Shown here: piece by piece, positions 18,542 through 27,050 of the stretch
How positions within the stretch are numbered: position 1 is the first letter of the stretch
How the letters are laid out: each line of letters opens with the position of its first letter
Source: Nostoc punctiforme PCC 73102
Lineage (GTDB): Bacteria; Cyanobacteriota; Cyanobacteriia; Cyanobacteriales; Nostocaceae
Direction: 5' to 3'
NCBI RefSeq assembly: GCF_000020025.1
Contig: NC_010628.1
Location: forward strand, 990,001-1,022,000
DNA length: 32,000 bases
The notes under the pieces: generated by a model
What the model saw: only the letters and a program-made list of their open reading frames with translations
Told to the model about the DNA's origin: nothing
Database searches by the model: none
Translations under genes and position numbers: made by a program

Positions 18542-21500
18542 TTACCCCGTCTCAATTGGCAACCTGACATTAAGATCCAAACGAAAAGTACCATAGGGAT
18601 TAACGTGACCCCAAATTAAAGGCGAAAGCGCCCGCAAATCCTCCAACTTCATCAACTTCATCCATTGTGGTTGGGACAAAACCTCCTGAATCATCAACGT
18701 ATTTATATATACCAAAGATATCTGGAGTAAATGCAGAGATAACACAGCTAATTCTTGGTCAGACAAACGATTAGTAGCAATCTCCCCACCCTTGCCGTAA
18801 AAAATAAAACTGTTAGCACTATTCCAGTTCTCCACCACGTTGAGTCCAGCATTTATCTCTTGTCGCAGTTCAACCGAATGCAGGTATTTACATAAAAATA
18901 TAGTTTTTACAGCCTTGCCCAATTCCGCCAAGGCTTGATAAGTAGGGTGTAATAAATTACCCCTAGTAAAACGCTTTAAGATGGCTTCAGTTTCTGCCAT
19001 ACCCAAACGCAAAGCAGTAGCATACTTCACCATTTGGTCGTATTGTTGGCGAATTAAATCCCAATTAATAGCGCGAGTTAAAATAGGTTGCAAGTTTGGA
19101 TAAGCATCATTATTTCCAGTTGAAGGACGGTATAATTTCTGAACATTGATACGTTTAAGACGCGGCATTAACTGAAAACCCAGTAAATGACAGAAAGCAA
19201 AAGCCACTTCATTTTGACCGTGACTATCCACATAATTTGTCTCCACTTTCATCTCAGTACAGTGGCGTAATAATCCTTCAATCATGGCTGCCACTTCAGA
19301 AGAAGAACAAGTTTTTAACTGTGAATAAATACAAACAGAATTCTTCTCAACGTGCCAATAAATCATCACACCTCTTCCACCATAACGGATGTGCCACTCA
19401 GTCATTAAGTTTTGATCCCAAGCACCAAACTTTTTCGAGTCAGAAGCACAGGCGGTTGTACCCTCTCCCCAAATAGTAGAAATTCTGGCAGTAAAAATTG
19501 CATTTGCAATACAGGCAATAGCATTACGTAATTGTTCTTTCTGAATAAAATGACGCTTAACATGGAGTAAATCTTGATAATTGTCGCCTTTAATCTCATC
19601 ACTTAAACGCTTTAATCCAGTATTCGTTCCTAAACCATATAAACAAAGTAGCAAGCGTTTTTGTAAAGTATATTCGCCTAAAACCTCTCGTGTTGATACA
19701 CTCTGAAAGTGTTGGCTAAACTTAACTCGCAAATCAGTCTCTTTCAGAATATCTAAGAGGCTAGTCATGCGCCAACGCCTAGTAATTTCAGTTTTCAACC
19801 TAGTCAAATTAGTCGGTTCATTTTGAGGATTCAGAGGAGAAACACAAATTCGACTTTTGCCTGTCGTTTTAAGTGTGACTAAACTATTTTTAGGTATTCC
19901 TTTATCCAGTAAAGTTAATGATTGCTCCAAAGATTGCTGTAAATTAGCAATAAAGACTTCTACATCGGATGGTTGTTTCAAAGCTTGGAAATATTCTAAT
20001 CTTTGCGCCTCAAAATCAGCAGGTAAATCTTCTTCAGGGTTTCTGTAACGATTAGCTCCTACAACCCATATTTCCTTGCATCTCAGCTTTTCTCTCAATG
20101 CTTGCAGCACGCTCAACTCATAATTAATGCGATTAACTTTGATTTCATCGTCTGCTCCCGTCTCTAATATAATTTCTTGCCAACCACTACGTAATACCCC
20201 CTCAATGGGTATATCTTCTCCAGCATCATAATAACGCTGTTTACTATCAGCATACTTTTTTAGTAAAGATATCGCTTGAATAACTGGACGATGAACTTCA
20301 TTATTTGAACGAAATTCGAGCTTGTTTAAAATTAACGGTAAAATTCGCCGATAATATCCACCATAAGAAGAGCGCATCACCGTATAAACTTTCTCACGGT
20401 AAGCATTCCCTGTAGATTTATACTCTTTCACTAAATTCTTGAGAGTCACTTCACTTACTACAGGAAAAATCACATCCTTGACTGTGCCATCAGGTGTTTT
20501 CAAGGAAGCTTCTGCCATTTGGTATAGTAGATTATTCTTCCCATGAACCCGTTTAAAATCCTGAATAAGCTCTTTATCTACACGTTTTTCTGCATTCACA
20601 CCTATGCGATGGACAATCTGAATGAGTAACTCTACTAAATTATCTATAACTTCTTGACTTCTGAGCCAACAAAAAGCTGTAAATAGTGTGTAGCGAATAT
20701 GTTCTGGGTGACGGCGTAAGTCACGAGGATGTTCAACAATTACCCGACTTTTATAGACTTGGAGAACTTTGGTAGAGATGTTTTTAAATAAGTCTGTTGG
20801 TAATTCTAATTGCTCAAAAATCTCTAATTTAGCAACTTCCTTTTGAAAACTTTCTACACCAATTCTCCCTGGGTCTGTTTTTAATTCAGCCCATGTTAAT
20901 CTAGTCACTTCAGTGTTTATTTCTGAGTTATTCGTGTCATCTAACTGTTGAGATAATTGGATATCTCCTGGATTATTCAGTTGTTTATCATGATTTGTTT
21001 GTGTGGTATCATCTAATTCCTGATCGGAAGCTTTCTCTTTCAAAAAATCATTTATCCACTTTTTAGATTGGTTAGATAGTTGGGAAGTTATGTCCCGAAA
21101 AAATTTAGATTCAAAATTTCTGATAGCAGAGCGAATGATACGTTCTAATCTGGAATCTGTCGGTGGTTCAAGTTTTAAATTCCGTAGTCTCGCTACTGCT
21201 GCAAGTTTTAGCTGTTCAAATTTTAACTCATAAATTAGTGCTTGTTCTGCTAACCAATTAGTTAACTCAAAAGCATCACTAACTTTGGTTTCTTGAAATC
21301 CAAAGAATTCTCTAATTTGAGCGCGATGATATTTTATGGAGCGTCCTTGCCAATCGTAGTAAGAGTACTTTTGGGGGGAAATATCTAAAAGTTTGGCAAC
21401 ATAATCAACAACATTTTGGGAGATTTCTTGATTATTCTCAGGAAATCTGGCATAAATCTCAAAAAACTTGAGCAATATAGCAAAACCTAACCGATTTTCG

Positions 21501-21586
21501 TCGTTTTTCTGATTCAGTAGTGCTAATTCAAGAGGGAGTAGCGTCCAATACTCTACTAATTCTTCTGGCTGCCAGGTTTTTTTCAT
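18542..21586 (-). CDS. tnpA: Tn3-family DDE transposase TnpA
   Basis: 1014 aa, the typical Tn3 TnpA length. The N-terminal DUF4158-like segment reads [22 protein letters not shown]-terminal catalytic-region contexts are [29 protein letters not shown] and [19 protein letters not shown]. The gene ends 62 bp inside the left IR. Confidence 0.93.
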   Translation of the reverse strand: MKKTWQPEELVEYWTLLPLELALLNQKNDENRLGFAILLKFFEIYARFPENNQEISQNVVDYVAKLLDISPQKYSYYDWQGRSIKYHRAQIREFFGFQETKVSDAFELTNWLAEQALIYELKFEQLKLAAVARLRNLKLEPPTDSRLERIIRSAIRNFESKFFRDITSQLSNQSKKWINDFLKEKASDQELDDTTQTNHDKQLNNPGDIQLSQQLDDTNNSEINTEVTRLTWAELKTDPGRIGVESFQKEVAKLEIFEQLELPTDLFKNISTKVLQVYKSRVIVEHPRDLRRHPEHIRYTLFTAFCWLRSQEVIDNLVELLIQIVHRIGVNAEKRVDKELIQDFKRVHGKNNLLYQMAEASLKTPDGTVKDVIFPVVSEVTLKNLVKEYKSTGNAYREKVYTVMRSSYGGYYRRILPLILNKLEFRSNNEVHRPVIQAISLLKKYADSKQRYYDAGEDIPIEGVLRSGWQEIILETGADDEIKVNRINYELSVLQALREKLRCKEIWVVGANRYRNPEEDLPADFEAQRLEYFQALKQPSDVEVFIANLQQSLEQSLTLLDKGIPKNSLVTLKTTGKSRICVSPLNPQNEPTNLTRLKTEITRRWRMTSLLDILKETDLRVKFSQHFQSVSTREVLGEYTLQKRLLLCLYGLGTNTGLKRLSDEIKGDNYQDLLHVKRHFIQKEQLRNAIACIANAIFTARISTIWGEGTTACASDSKKFGAWDQNLMTEWHIRYGGRGVMIYWHVEKNSVCIYSQLKTCSSSEVAAMIEGLLRHCTEMKVETNYVDSHGQNEVAFAFCHLLGFQLMPRLKRINVQKLYRPSTGNNDAYPNLQPILTRAINWDLIRQQYDQMVKYATALRLGMAETEAILKRFTRGNLLHPTYQALAELGKAVKTIFLCKYLHSVELRQEINAGLNVVENWNSANSFIFYGKGGEIATNRLSDQELAVLSLHLLQISLVYINTLMIQEVLSQPQWMKLMKLEDLRALSPLIWGHVNPYGTFRLDLNVRLPIETG

Positions 21587-21707
21587 TAAGTCTCACTCTT
21601 CAACCAAACAGTATTCTATCTTCTTTGGGGTAACAATCTTTAACTGAGATAAAATGCTGTTTCTCGATGAAAAACATACTGGAACTGAGTGATTCTATAT
21701 AATTGCC

Positions 21708-22622
21708 CTAAAGGTCAGCTTTTTGGTCGGAATTAATCAGTATATTCAAGGCATGACGTGCAGCTGATTCTGATTTCTGTGAGGTGACTTTAGCGTAACG
21801 TAAAGTTGTTTGAATGCTTTCATGTCCCATTAATGAGCATAATTCCTCAATACTGATTAACCCCACTCGTTCTGTAGCAAATGTATGTCGTAAATCGTGA
21901 ATGCGAACTCCTTGAAGGTGTGGATACTTATTGGTTGTCTCCCGCCAATAATCATGCAATGTATGGTAGCTGATTCTACTTACTTTTCGGGTAACTGGAT
22001 GTTGTGCTGTAAACAAGGCATTCGTATTTTGATGCCGTGAGTATTTCAAGTATTTAGCAAGCATTGAGGCTGCGTCATCACTGTAAAAACACCAGCGTTG
22101 TTTGTTGCCTTTACCTAATACTTGAAATTTCTGGTTCTTGATATCTACAGAATCTATGTTTAGGGCTAAAAGCTCTCCTATTCTGCATCCTGTGCGATGC
22201 AGTAAATGAACTATCGTACTTAGACGTAAGTCATCTTTTACGGCAGAATATAGTATATTTAGTTGTGATTGTGTTAGATATCTTATTGTCTCGTCGCTTT
22301 TATGTTCGCCTTTCTCTCTTTCAGGTAGACGTTGTTTTAGTCCCCGGATAGGGTTGGATTTTATATACCCTTGTTCTACTGCAAAGTTAAGCAAACTTTG
22401 TAATATTGCTTGATGCTTGTGGTGTGTTGTGTATTTTAAATGACTGAGATTATTTAGATACTCAACTAATGTTTGCTTACTGATAATTTCTATTGACCAA
22501 CTTCCATACTTTTGCAGTAAAAGTCCGAGGGTCAGTTCATAGGTTTCTCTAGTACTTGGTGCTAGACCAGGACGCTCTAGAAATTCGGTCGTGACAGTGG
22601 CTAAAGTTACAGCCGATTTCAC
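21708..22622 (-). CDS. tyrosine site-specific recombinase (TnpI/XerCD-like), probable cointegrate resolvase
   Basis: 304 aa with an N-terminal SAM-like core-binding domain. Catalytic contexts are HRTGCRIGELLAL (Arg), IHDLRHTFAT (His-x-x-Arg) and LMGHESIQTTLRYAKV (His...Tyr). It is co-directional with tnpA and upstream of it, as in Tn4430-type elements. Confidence 0.85.
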   Translation of the reverse strand: MKSAVTLATVTTEFLERPGLAPSTRETYELTLGLLLQKYGSWSIEIISKQTLVEYLNNLSHLKYTTHHKHQAILQSLLNFAVEQGYIKSNPIRGLKQRLPEREKGEHKSDETIRYLTQSQLNILYSAVKDDLRLSTIVHLLHRTGCRIGELLALNIDSVDIKNQKFQVLGKGNKQRWCFYSDDAASMLAKYLKYSRHQNTNALFTAQHPVTRKVSRISYHTLHDYWRETTNKYPHLQGVRIHDLRHTFATERVGLISIEELCSLMGHESIQTTLRYAKVTSQKSESAARHALNILINSDQKADL

Positions 22623-22699
22623 GGTTGTTTCTGTATTCTCTCGCTTGGTTTTTTATTGATAAATTATATATCTTTTTATGAGTTAGCCCTGAGCTTTTT

Positions 22700-23167
22700 A
22701 TGGATACTTTTAAAACTCCCAATAGCGATGAATCCCTTGCTAGTTACGTGTCACGGGTCAGGAAGAAACTCAATTTAACTCAGTCTGAGTTGGCGGATGC
22801 TGCTGGTATACATGGACGCTCTGTCGGGAAAATCGAGCGAGGACTTACGCTTAAAATTAATCGTAGGACACTTCAAGGGTTAGCGATCGCACTTGGCGTA
22901 CCTCAAGAATATTTTGATGCTGTGATCAAGGGTGAGGAAGTATCTCAGGTTAGAGGGGTTAAGTTTTGTCCCCAATGTTGGAATCCTGGCGCGGCGGTTG
23001 ACCCTATGTGGAGTCATATCAAAGCCAAGTTTTGTTATCTCTGCGGTACACCGATTCGAGCTAACTGTGCGAATTGCGGTGAGTTGGTGTTGTCTTTGAG
23101 ACACCGATTTTGTCCAATTTGTGGCTGTGCTTATAAAACGCCTGTCAAAACCGCTAAAATCCAATAA
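22700..23167 (+). CDS. XRE-family HTH protein with C-terminal double zinc ribbon
   Basis: 155 aa. The HTH reads LNLTQSELADAAGIHGRSVGKIERG. Four CxxC pairs follow: CPQC, CYLC, CANC, CPIC. It is divergent from the recombinase gene and lies inside the transposon. Confidence 0.75.
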   Translation: MDTFKTPNSDESLASYVSRVRKKLNLTQSELADAAGIHGRSVGKIERGLTLKINRRTLQGLAIALGVPQEYFDAVIKGEEVSQVRGVKFCPQCWNPGAAVDPMWSHIKAKFCYLCGTPIRANCANCGELVLSLRHRFCPICGCAYKTPVKTAKIQ

Positions 23168-23193
23168 TCAACTCTTTTTCTCAAACCCAGACT

Positions 23194-23248
23194 CCACAAT
23201 ACTTTCAGCCTATCTTGCCCCTGGTGACAGCTTCGCTATATTTACCCC
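23194..23248 (-). repeat. Tn3-family right terminal inverted repeat
   Basis: The reverse complement reads GGGGTAAATATAGCGAAGCTGTCACCAGGGGCAAGATAGGCTGAAAGTATTGTGG. Confidence 0.92.
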
Positions 23249-23262
23249 TAATTACAAAATAA

Positions 23263-23300
23263 GCGGCAGAATGAGCAGCAAACGCCACTCATTCTGCCGC
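23263..23300 (-). terminator. intrinsic terminator of subtilase A
   Basis: A 13-bp perfect stem (GCGGCAGAATGAG/CTCATTCTGCCGC) with a 12-nt loop lies about 50 nt after the stop. On the minus strand it is followed by TTATTTTGTAATTA. The transposon TSD lies in this T-rich tail. Confidence 0.75.
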
Positions 23301-23350
23301 GTATAGAAAATTCTATTTTACTTTTGATAAACGACACTTAAGTGATTATT

Positions 23351-26300
23351 CTATGCCAAGCTATTTGCTGCTGTCGTTGTGACAATCTGACGCACTTGGG
23401 CATCAGTTAGACCTTTCTTAGCACTGAGCATCAAAGCTATTACCCCGGCAACGTGAGGAGCCGCCATAGACGTTCCATCTTCAAAACCATATTTATTGCC
23501 CGGAAGTGTCGAGTGGATACCGATTAATTGATGCCCATCTTCTGCAACTAGATCCAGGTCGCCTTCAAAGTATGCTCCAGGAGCTGTAACGTATGCCAGT
23601 GGAGTTTTTCCCGGCGGGTTAGAGAAGCTGGTCAATACGTGATTATAGTAGACTGCCCCAACAGCCAGTCCCCAATCAGTTGCATATTGGGCTGGATAAT
23701 ATGGTGAGACTGCACCATTTTCACCTTCATTACCTGCTGCTGAAACGACGATCGCGCCCTTGCTGGCAGCATATTGAATGGCTGACTTTTCATCGCTGTT
23801 AGGAGAAGAGCTACCTAAGCTGAGGTTAATAACATTAGCTCCATTATCCACTGCATAACGAATACCATTTGCGATCGCACTACTAGTACCTTGACCACCG
23901 CTATTCAAAACTTTCACCGGCATAATCTTGGCATTATAGGCAATCCCAGTAACACCAAAGTTATTTTTGACTGCTGCTATAGTACCAGCAACATGAGTAC
24001 CATGACCGTTGTCGTCTAATGGATTGTTATTGTTGCCAACGAAGTTCCAGCCGTTGACATCATCAATGTAGCCATTGCTATCATCATCTTTGCCGTTGCC
24101 AGCGATTTCCTTGGTATTCTTCCAGATATTAGCGCTCAAATCTGAGTGATTGTAATCTACTCCACTATCTATCACAGCGACGATCGTACCTTGACCAGTG
24201 TATCCCTTTGCCCAAACTTCTGGTGCTTTAATTGCGTCGGCTGCCCAATTATCACCACCCAAGTCAGTCACATCAGCAAACGTACTCTGACCTAAAGCTT
24301 TCGCTACGGCGGCGGCGGCATTAATTAAGCCATAACCTGTAGTTGAGTTAAACCCGCCACCATTGACAGGATTTAAGGTAATTGGTGTGTTGATGTAAAC
24401 GCCGTTGTTACCTTCATTGCTTTCAACAATATTTCCTGGTCCATCGGCTTTAAATATCAGGTAGTATTTACCAGCACTAATAGTAGGAGCAAGCGTAATA
24501 GATGTGGAGCGAGAAGTAACGGCAGAAGGTGCCAGAGTAGAACTACCCTCAATTTCAGTACCTAAACTGATATCATCATCACCAAATGCTGTATCTCGTG
24601 AAAGATAAAAACTTGTCTTACTCCCTCCAGTACTGCCAGTACCTTGGTTTTTCAGTTGATAATTAACTAGGAGTGTAGTACCAATAGCAGCACTACTAGC
24701 AGATGTAGCATTTTGGATGACCAAATCTGGTGCAGTAATTGCGATCGCTTTGGCAACAACATTGTTGTTTTCATTGCTTTCTTTCAATGACGAAGTAGTT
24801 CCTTGTGCTTTGTACAGCAGATAGTAATTACCAGTGGTAATGGTGCTGGGGATGTACAAAGATGTAGATTCTGAACTTACAGCAGAGGGTGCAAGATCGT
24901 TAAAGTTATTAATTAAGTCAGAACCTAAATAGATATCATCATTGCTGAAGTTTCCATCTTTGGAAAGATAAAAGTATGTAGAGCTAAAAGTAGCCTTGCC
25001 GTTACCTTGGTTTTTGACTTGATAGCTGAGTGGGATTGAAGTGGCAATGTTAGCGCTAGCAGGAGCCGAAGGATTTTGTACTATTAGGTCTGGTTGAGAG
25101 CCATTAATCGCGATCGCTTTGCTGACAATGTTATTAGTTTCGTTGCTTTCGCCAATATTGCCATTAGCATCGGCTTTATACAACAGATAATAGTTACCTG
25201 CGGCGATCGCATTGTTAATGATGAGCGATGCTGTCTCTGAGCTAGTAGCACCTGCGGCAATAGCGTTAACGCCATCGGAGCCTAACAATACATCGTCATT
25301 ACTAAAGGCATTATCCTTGGATAGATAAAACTTGGTGGTAGTTGCAACAGCACCACCAACGCCTTGATTTTTCACCTGATAGCTGAGTTGAATGGTGCTA
25401 CCAACGGCTGTTGTAGTGGGAGCTATAGCGTTTTGTATTATTAAGTCTGCTTGGGTAATAGCGATCGCTTTACTAGCAAAGTTATTGGTTTCATTGCTCT
25501 CAACAGCACTTCCTGCGCCGTCAGCTTGATAGAGCAAGTAATAGTTACCTGTAGCGATCGCATTGTTAACGATTAGCGATGCTGTTTCTGAGCTAGTAGC
25601 GCCTGCGGCAATAGCGTTAACACCATCTGAGCCGAGCAACACATCATCATTACTAAAAGCATTATCCTTGGATATATAAAACTTGGTGGTAGTTGCAACA
25701 GCACCACCAACACCTTGATTTTTCACCTGATAGCTTAGTTGAATAGTGCTACCAACTGATGCTGTACTAGGGGCTGAGGTATTTTGAACTATCAGGTCTG
25801 ATTTTTGAGTTGGAGTAATGGTGATTACTCCGGCAATACCGTTGTTAGTTTCATTGCTTTCAGCAACATTCCCATCACCATCGGCTATGTATGCTAGATA
25901 ATAATTCCCAGCAGTGATGTTACTGCCAAGACTGAGTGTGGTTGACTCGGAACTATAACTACCCGCAGCAATGCCGCTAACGTAGTCATAGCCCAAGTAC
26001 ACATCTTCGTTTCCGATATTTAAATCTTGAGAGAGATAAAACTTGGTGTTACTAGCAACAGCACTAGCATTGCCTTGGTTTTTGATTTGATAGTTTAGTT
26101 GAATGCTACTTCCAACCGCCGCCGAACTGGGATTTGAGGTATTTTGTACTATCAGGTCTGGTTTAGTAATATTAATTACGTCAGCAACAGCATTATTGTT
26201 TTCGTTGCTTTCGGCAACATAGTTATAGCCATCGGCTTGATACACCAGATAATAGCTTCCTGCGGCGACGCTATTGCCGATGGTGAGTGTGGTTGACTCT

Positions 26301-26773
26301 GACCGATAGTAACCAGATAGGATGTTATCAACGTAGTCATCGCCTAAAAATATATCTTCACTCCCTAAAGAGAGATCCTGAGACAGATAAAACTTGGTAT
26401 AGCTATAACCAGCACTGGCATTGCCTTGGTTTTCAATTTCATAGCTCAGTTGAATGGTACTGCCAGCTGCGGCAGAACTGGGAGTTGAAACGCTACGTGC
26501 TATCAGATCTGGCTGAATAGCAGCAGCGATCGCTTGAGTAGCATTTCCGTTGTGACTACTCTTCTTGGCATAATTGTTTTTAACTCCGGAAGGGTCGATT
26601 TCCGTAGAAGTATAACTACTGCGATCGCTGGATATAAAACTATTTACACCACTCAGACTGAAGCTAGAGTCAGTATTCTGATTATCAAAAATATTAGATT
26701 TTTTTGATGGTAGAAAGCTGGCTTTTATACCAGAATTTTCATTAATAGAGTTACGGTCTTTGGTAAAAAACAT
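23351..26773 (-). CDS. S8 (subtilisin-like) serine peptidase 'A' with six N-terminal CARDB-type repeats and no signal peptide
   Basis: 1140 aa. Residues 1-87 are Asn/Ser-rich with no hydrophobic core. Residues 88-803 form six ~117-aa repeats (PDLIVQN.S.P...VGS.IQLSY.VKNQG......TKFYLS.D......D..LG......AAG....E...L........G.YYL.Y.AD....V.ESNE.NN), matching the CARDB pattern. Residues 804-1140 are the S8 domain with VAVIDSGVDYNH, HGTHVAGTIAA and GTSMAAPHVAG. Confidence 0.9.
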   Translation of the reverse strand: MFFTKDRNSINENSGIKASFLPSKKSNIFDNQNTDSSFSLSGVNSFISSDRSSYTSTEIDPSGVKNNYAKKSSHNGNATQAIAAAIQPDLIARSVSTPSSAAAGSTIQLSYEIENQGNASAGYSYTKFYLSQDLSLGSEDIFLGDDYVDNILSGYYRSESTTLTIGNSVAAGSYYLVYQADGYNYVAESNENNNAVADVINITKPDLIVQNTSNPSSAAVGSSIQLNYQIKNQGNASAVASNTKFYLSQDLNIGNEDVYLGYDYVSGIAAGSYSSESTTLSLGSNITAGNYYLAYIADGDGNVAESNETNNGIAGVITITPTQKSDLIVQNTSAPSTASVGSTIQLSYQVKNQGVGGAVATTTKFYISKDNAFSNDDVLLGSDGVNAIAAGATSSETASLIVNNAIATGNYYLLYQADGAGSAVESNETNNFASKAIAITQADLIIQNAIAPTTTAVGSTIQLSYQVKNQGVGGAVATTTKFYLSKDNAFSNDDVLLGSDGVNAIAAGATSSETASLIINNAIAAGNYYLLYKADANGNIGESNETNNIVSKAIAINGSQPDLIVQNPSAPASANIATSIPLSYQVKNQGNGKATFSSTYFYLSKDGNFSNDDIYLGSDLINNFNDLAPSAVSSESTSLYIPSTITTGNYYLLYKAQGTTSSLKESNENNNVVAKAIAITAPDLVIQNATSASSAAIGTTLLVNYQLKNQGTGSTGGSKTSFYLSRDTAFGDDDISLGTEIEGSSTLAPSAVTSRSTSITLAPTISAGKYYLIFKADGPGNIVESNEGNNGVYINTPITLNPVNGGGFNSTTGYGLINAAAAVAKALGQSTFADVTDLGGDNWAADAIKAPEVWAKGYTGQGTIVAVIDSGVDYNHSDLSANIWKNTKEIAGNGKDDDSNGYIDDVNGWNFVGNNNNPLDDNGHGTHVAGTIAAVKNNFGVTGIAYNAKIMPVKVLNSGGQGTSSAIANGIRYAVDNGANVINLSLGSSSPNSDEKSAIQYAASKGAIVVSAAGNEGENGAVSPYYPAQYATDWGLAVGAVYYNHVLTSFSNPPGKTPLAYVTAPGAYFEGDLDLVAEDGHQLIGIHSTLPGNKYGFEDGTSMAAPHVAGVIALMLSAKKGLTDAQVRQIVTTTAANSLA
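24365..26512 (-). repeat. array of six ~351-bp CARDB-encoding repeats; copies 3 and 4 are nearly identical
   Basis: The protein periodicity is read from the translation. The DNA of copies 3 and 4 (around 25250-25440 versus 25600-25790) is collinear with only scattered substitutions. Confidence 0.85.
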
Positions 26774-26958
26774 TAAGCTGTTTCACCTCGTATATGCAAG
26801 TAAATTCGCACCATAATAAGTACTCAAATCCTTGATATATAAGGGATTGAGCCGGAAAATATTTCTTTGTAAGACAGGTGCTACAAATACACTTAACTAT
26901 AAAGTCACGTAATTAGCAAGTAAGATTACAGTTTTCTGCATACTTAAGAAATTCAAAA

Positions 26959-26985
26959 GGCGAATAGAGTGTAACTCCATTCGCC
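26959..26985 (-). terminator. intrinsic terminator of the ABC exporter gene
   Basis: The minus strand reads GGCGAATGGAGT-TAC-ACTCTATTCGCC, a 12-bp stem with one G-U pair, followed by TTTTGAATTTCTT. It lies about 65 nt after the stop codon. Confidence 0.75.
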
Positions 26986-27050
26986 AAAGACTATATTTAA
27001 GCTGCTTTTCAAGTATCAAATAAGCACAAATTAAAAGCTTGTTAAAGCTA

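Larger units (their letters stand above)
18426..23248 (-). mobile_element. Tn3-family transposon (4823 bp) with tnpA, a tyrosine recombinase and an XRE/zinc-ribbon gene
   Basis: The terminal inverted repeats begin with GGGG. The first 49 bp are identical at both ends, and 55 bp match with 2 mismatches. They are flanked by a 5-bp direct repeat TAATT (18421-18425 and 23249-23253), the target-site duplication length characteristic of the Tn3 family. The transposase ORF is full length. Confidence 0.92.

Noticed and set aside
23121-23306. 61-aa ORF crossing the right end of the transposon
   Set aside because: It spans the XRE gene's 3' end, the terminal inverted repeat, the target duplication and the host terminator hairpin. 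That makes it a chimeric chance ORF.
26774-27050. Search for small double-glycine-leader peptide genes (bacteriocin / NHLP / cyanobactin-type precursors) near the C39-type exporter. The regions 18227-18425 and 30482-30881 were also searched.
   Set aside because: I found no short ORF with a plausible RBS and a GG/GA cleavage motif in these spacers. No PatD-like heterocyclase or other peptide-maturation genes are present. The C39-like domain appears catalytically inactive, so a peptide-bacteriocin or cyanobactin interpretation of the S8 proteases (PatA/PatG-like) is not supported.
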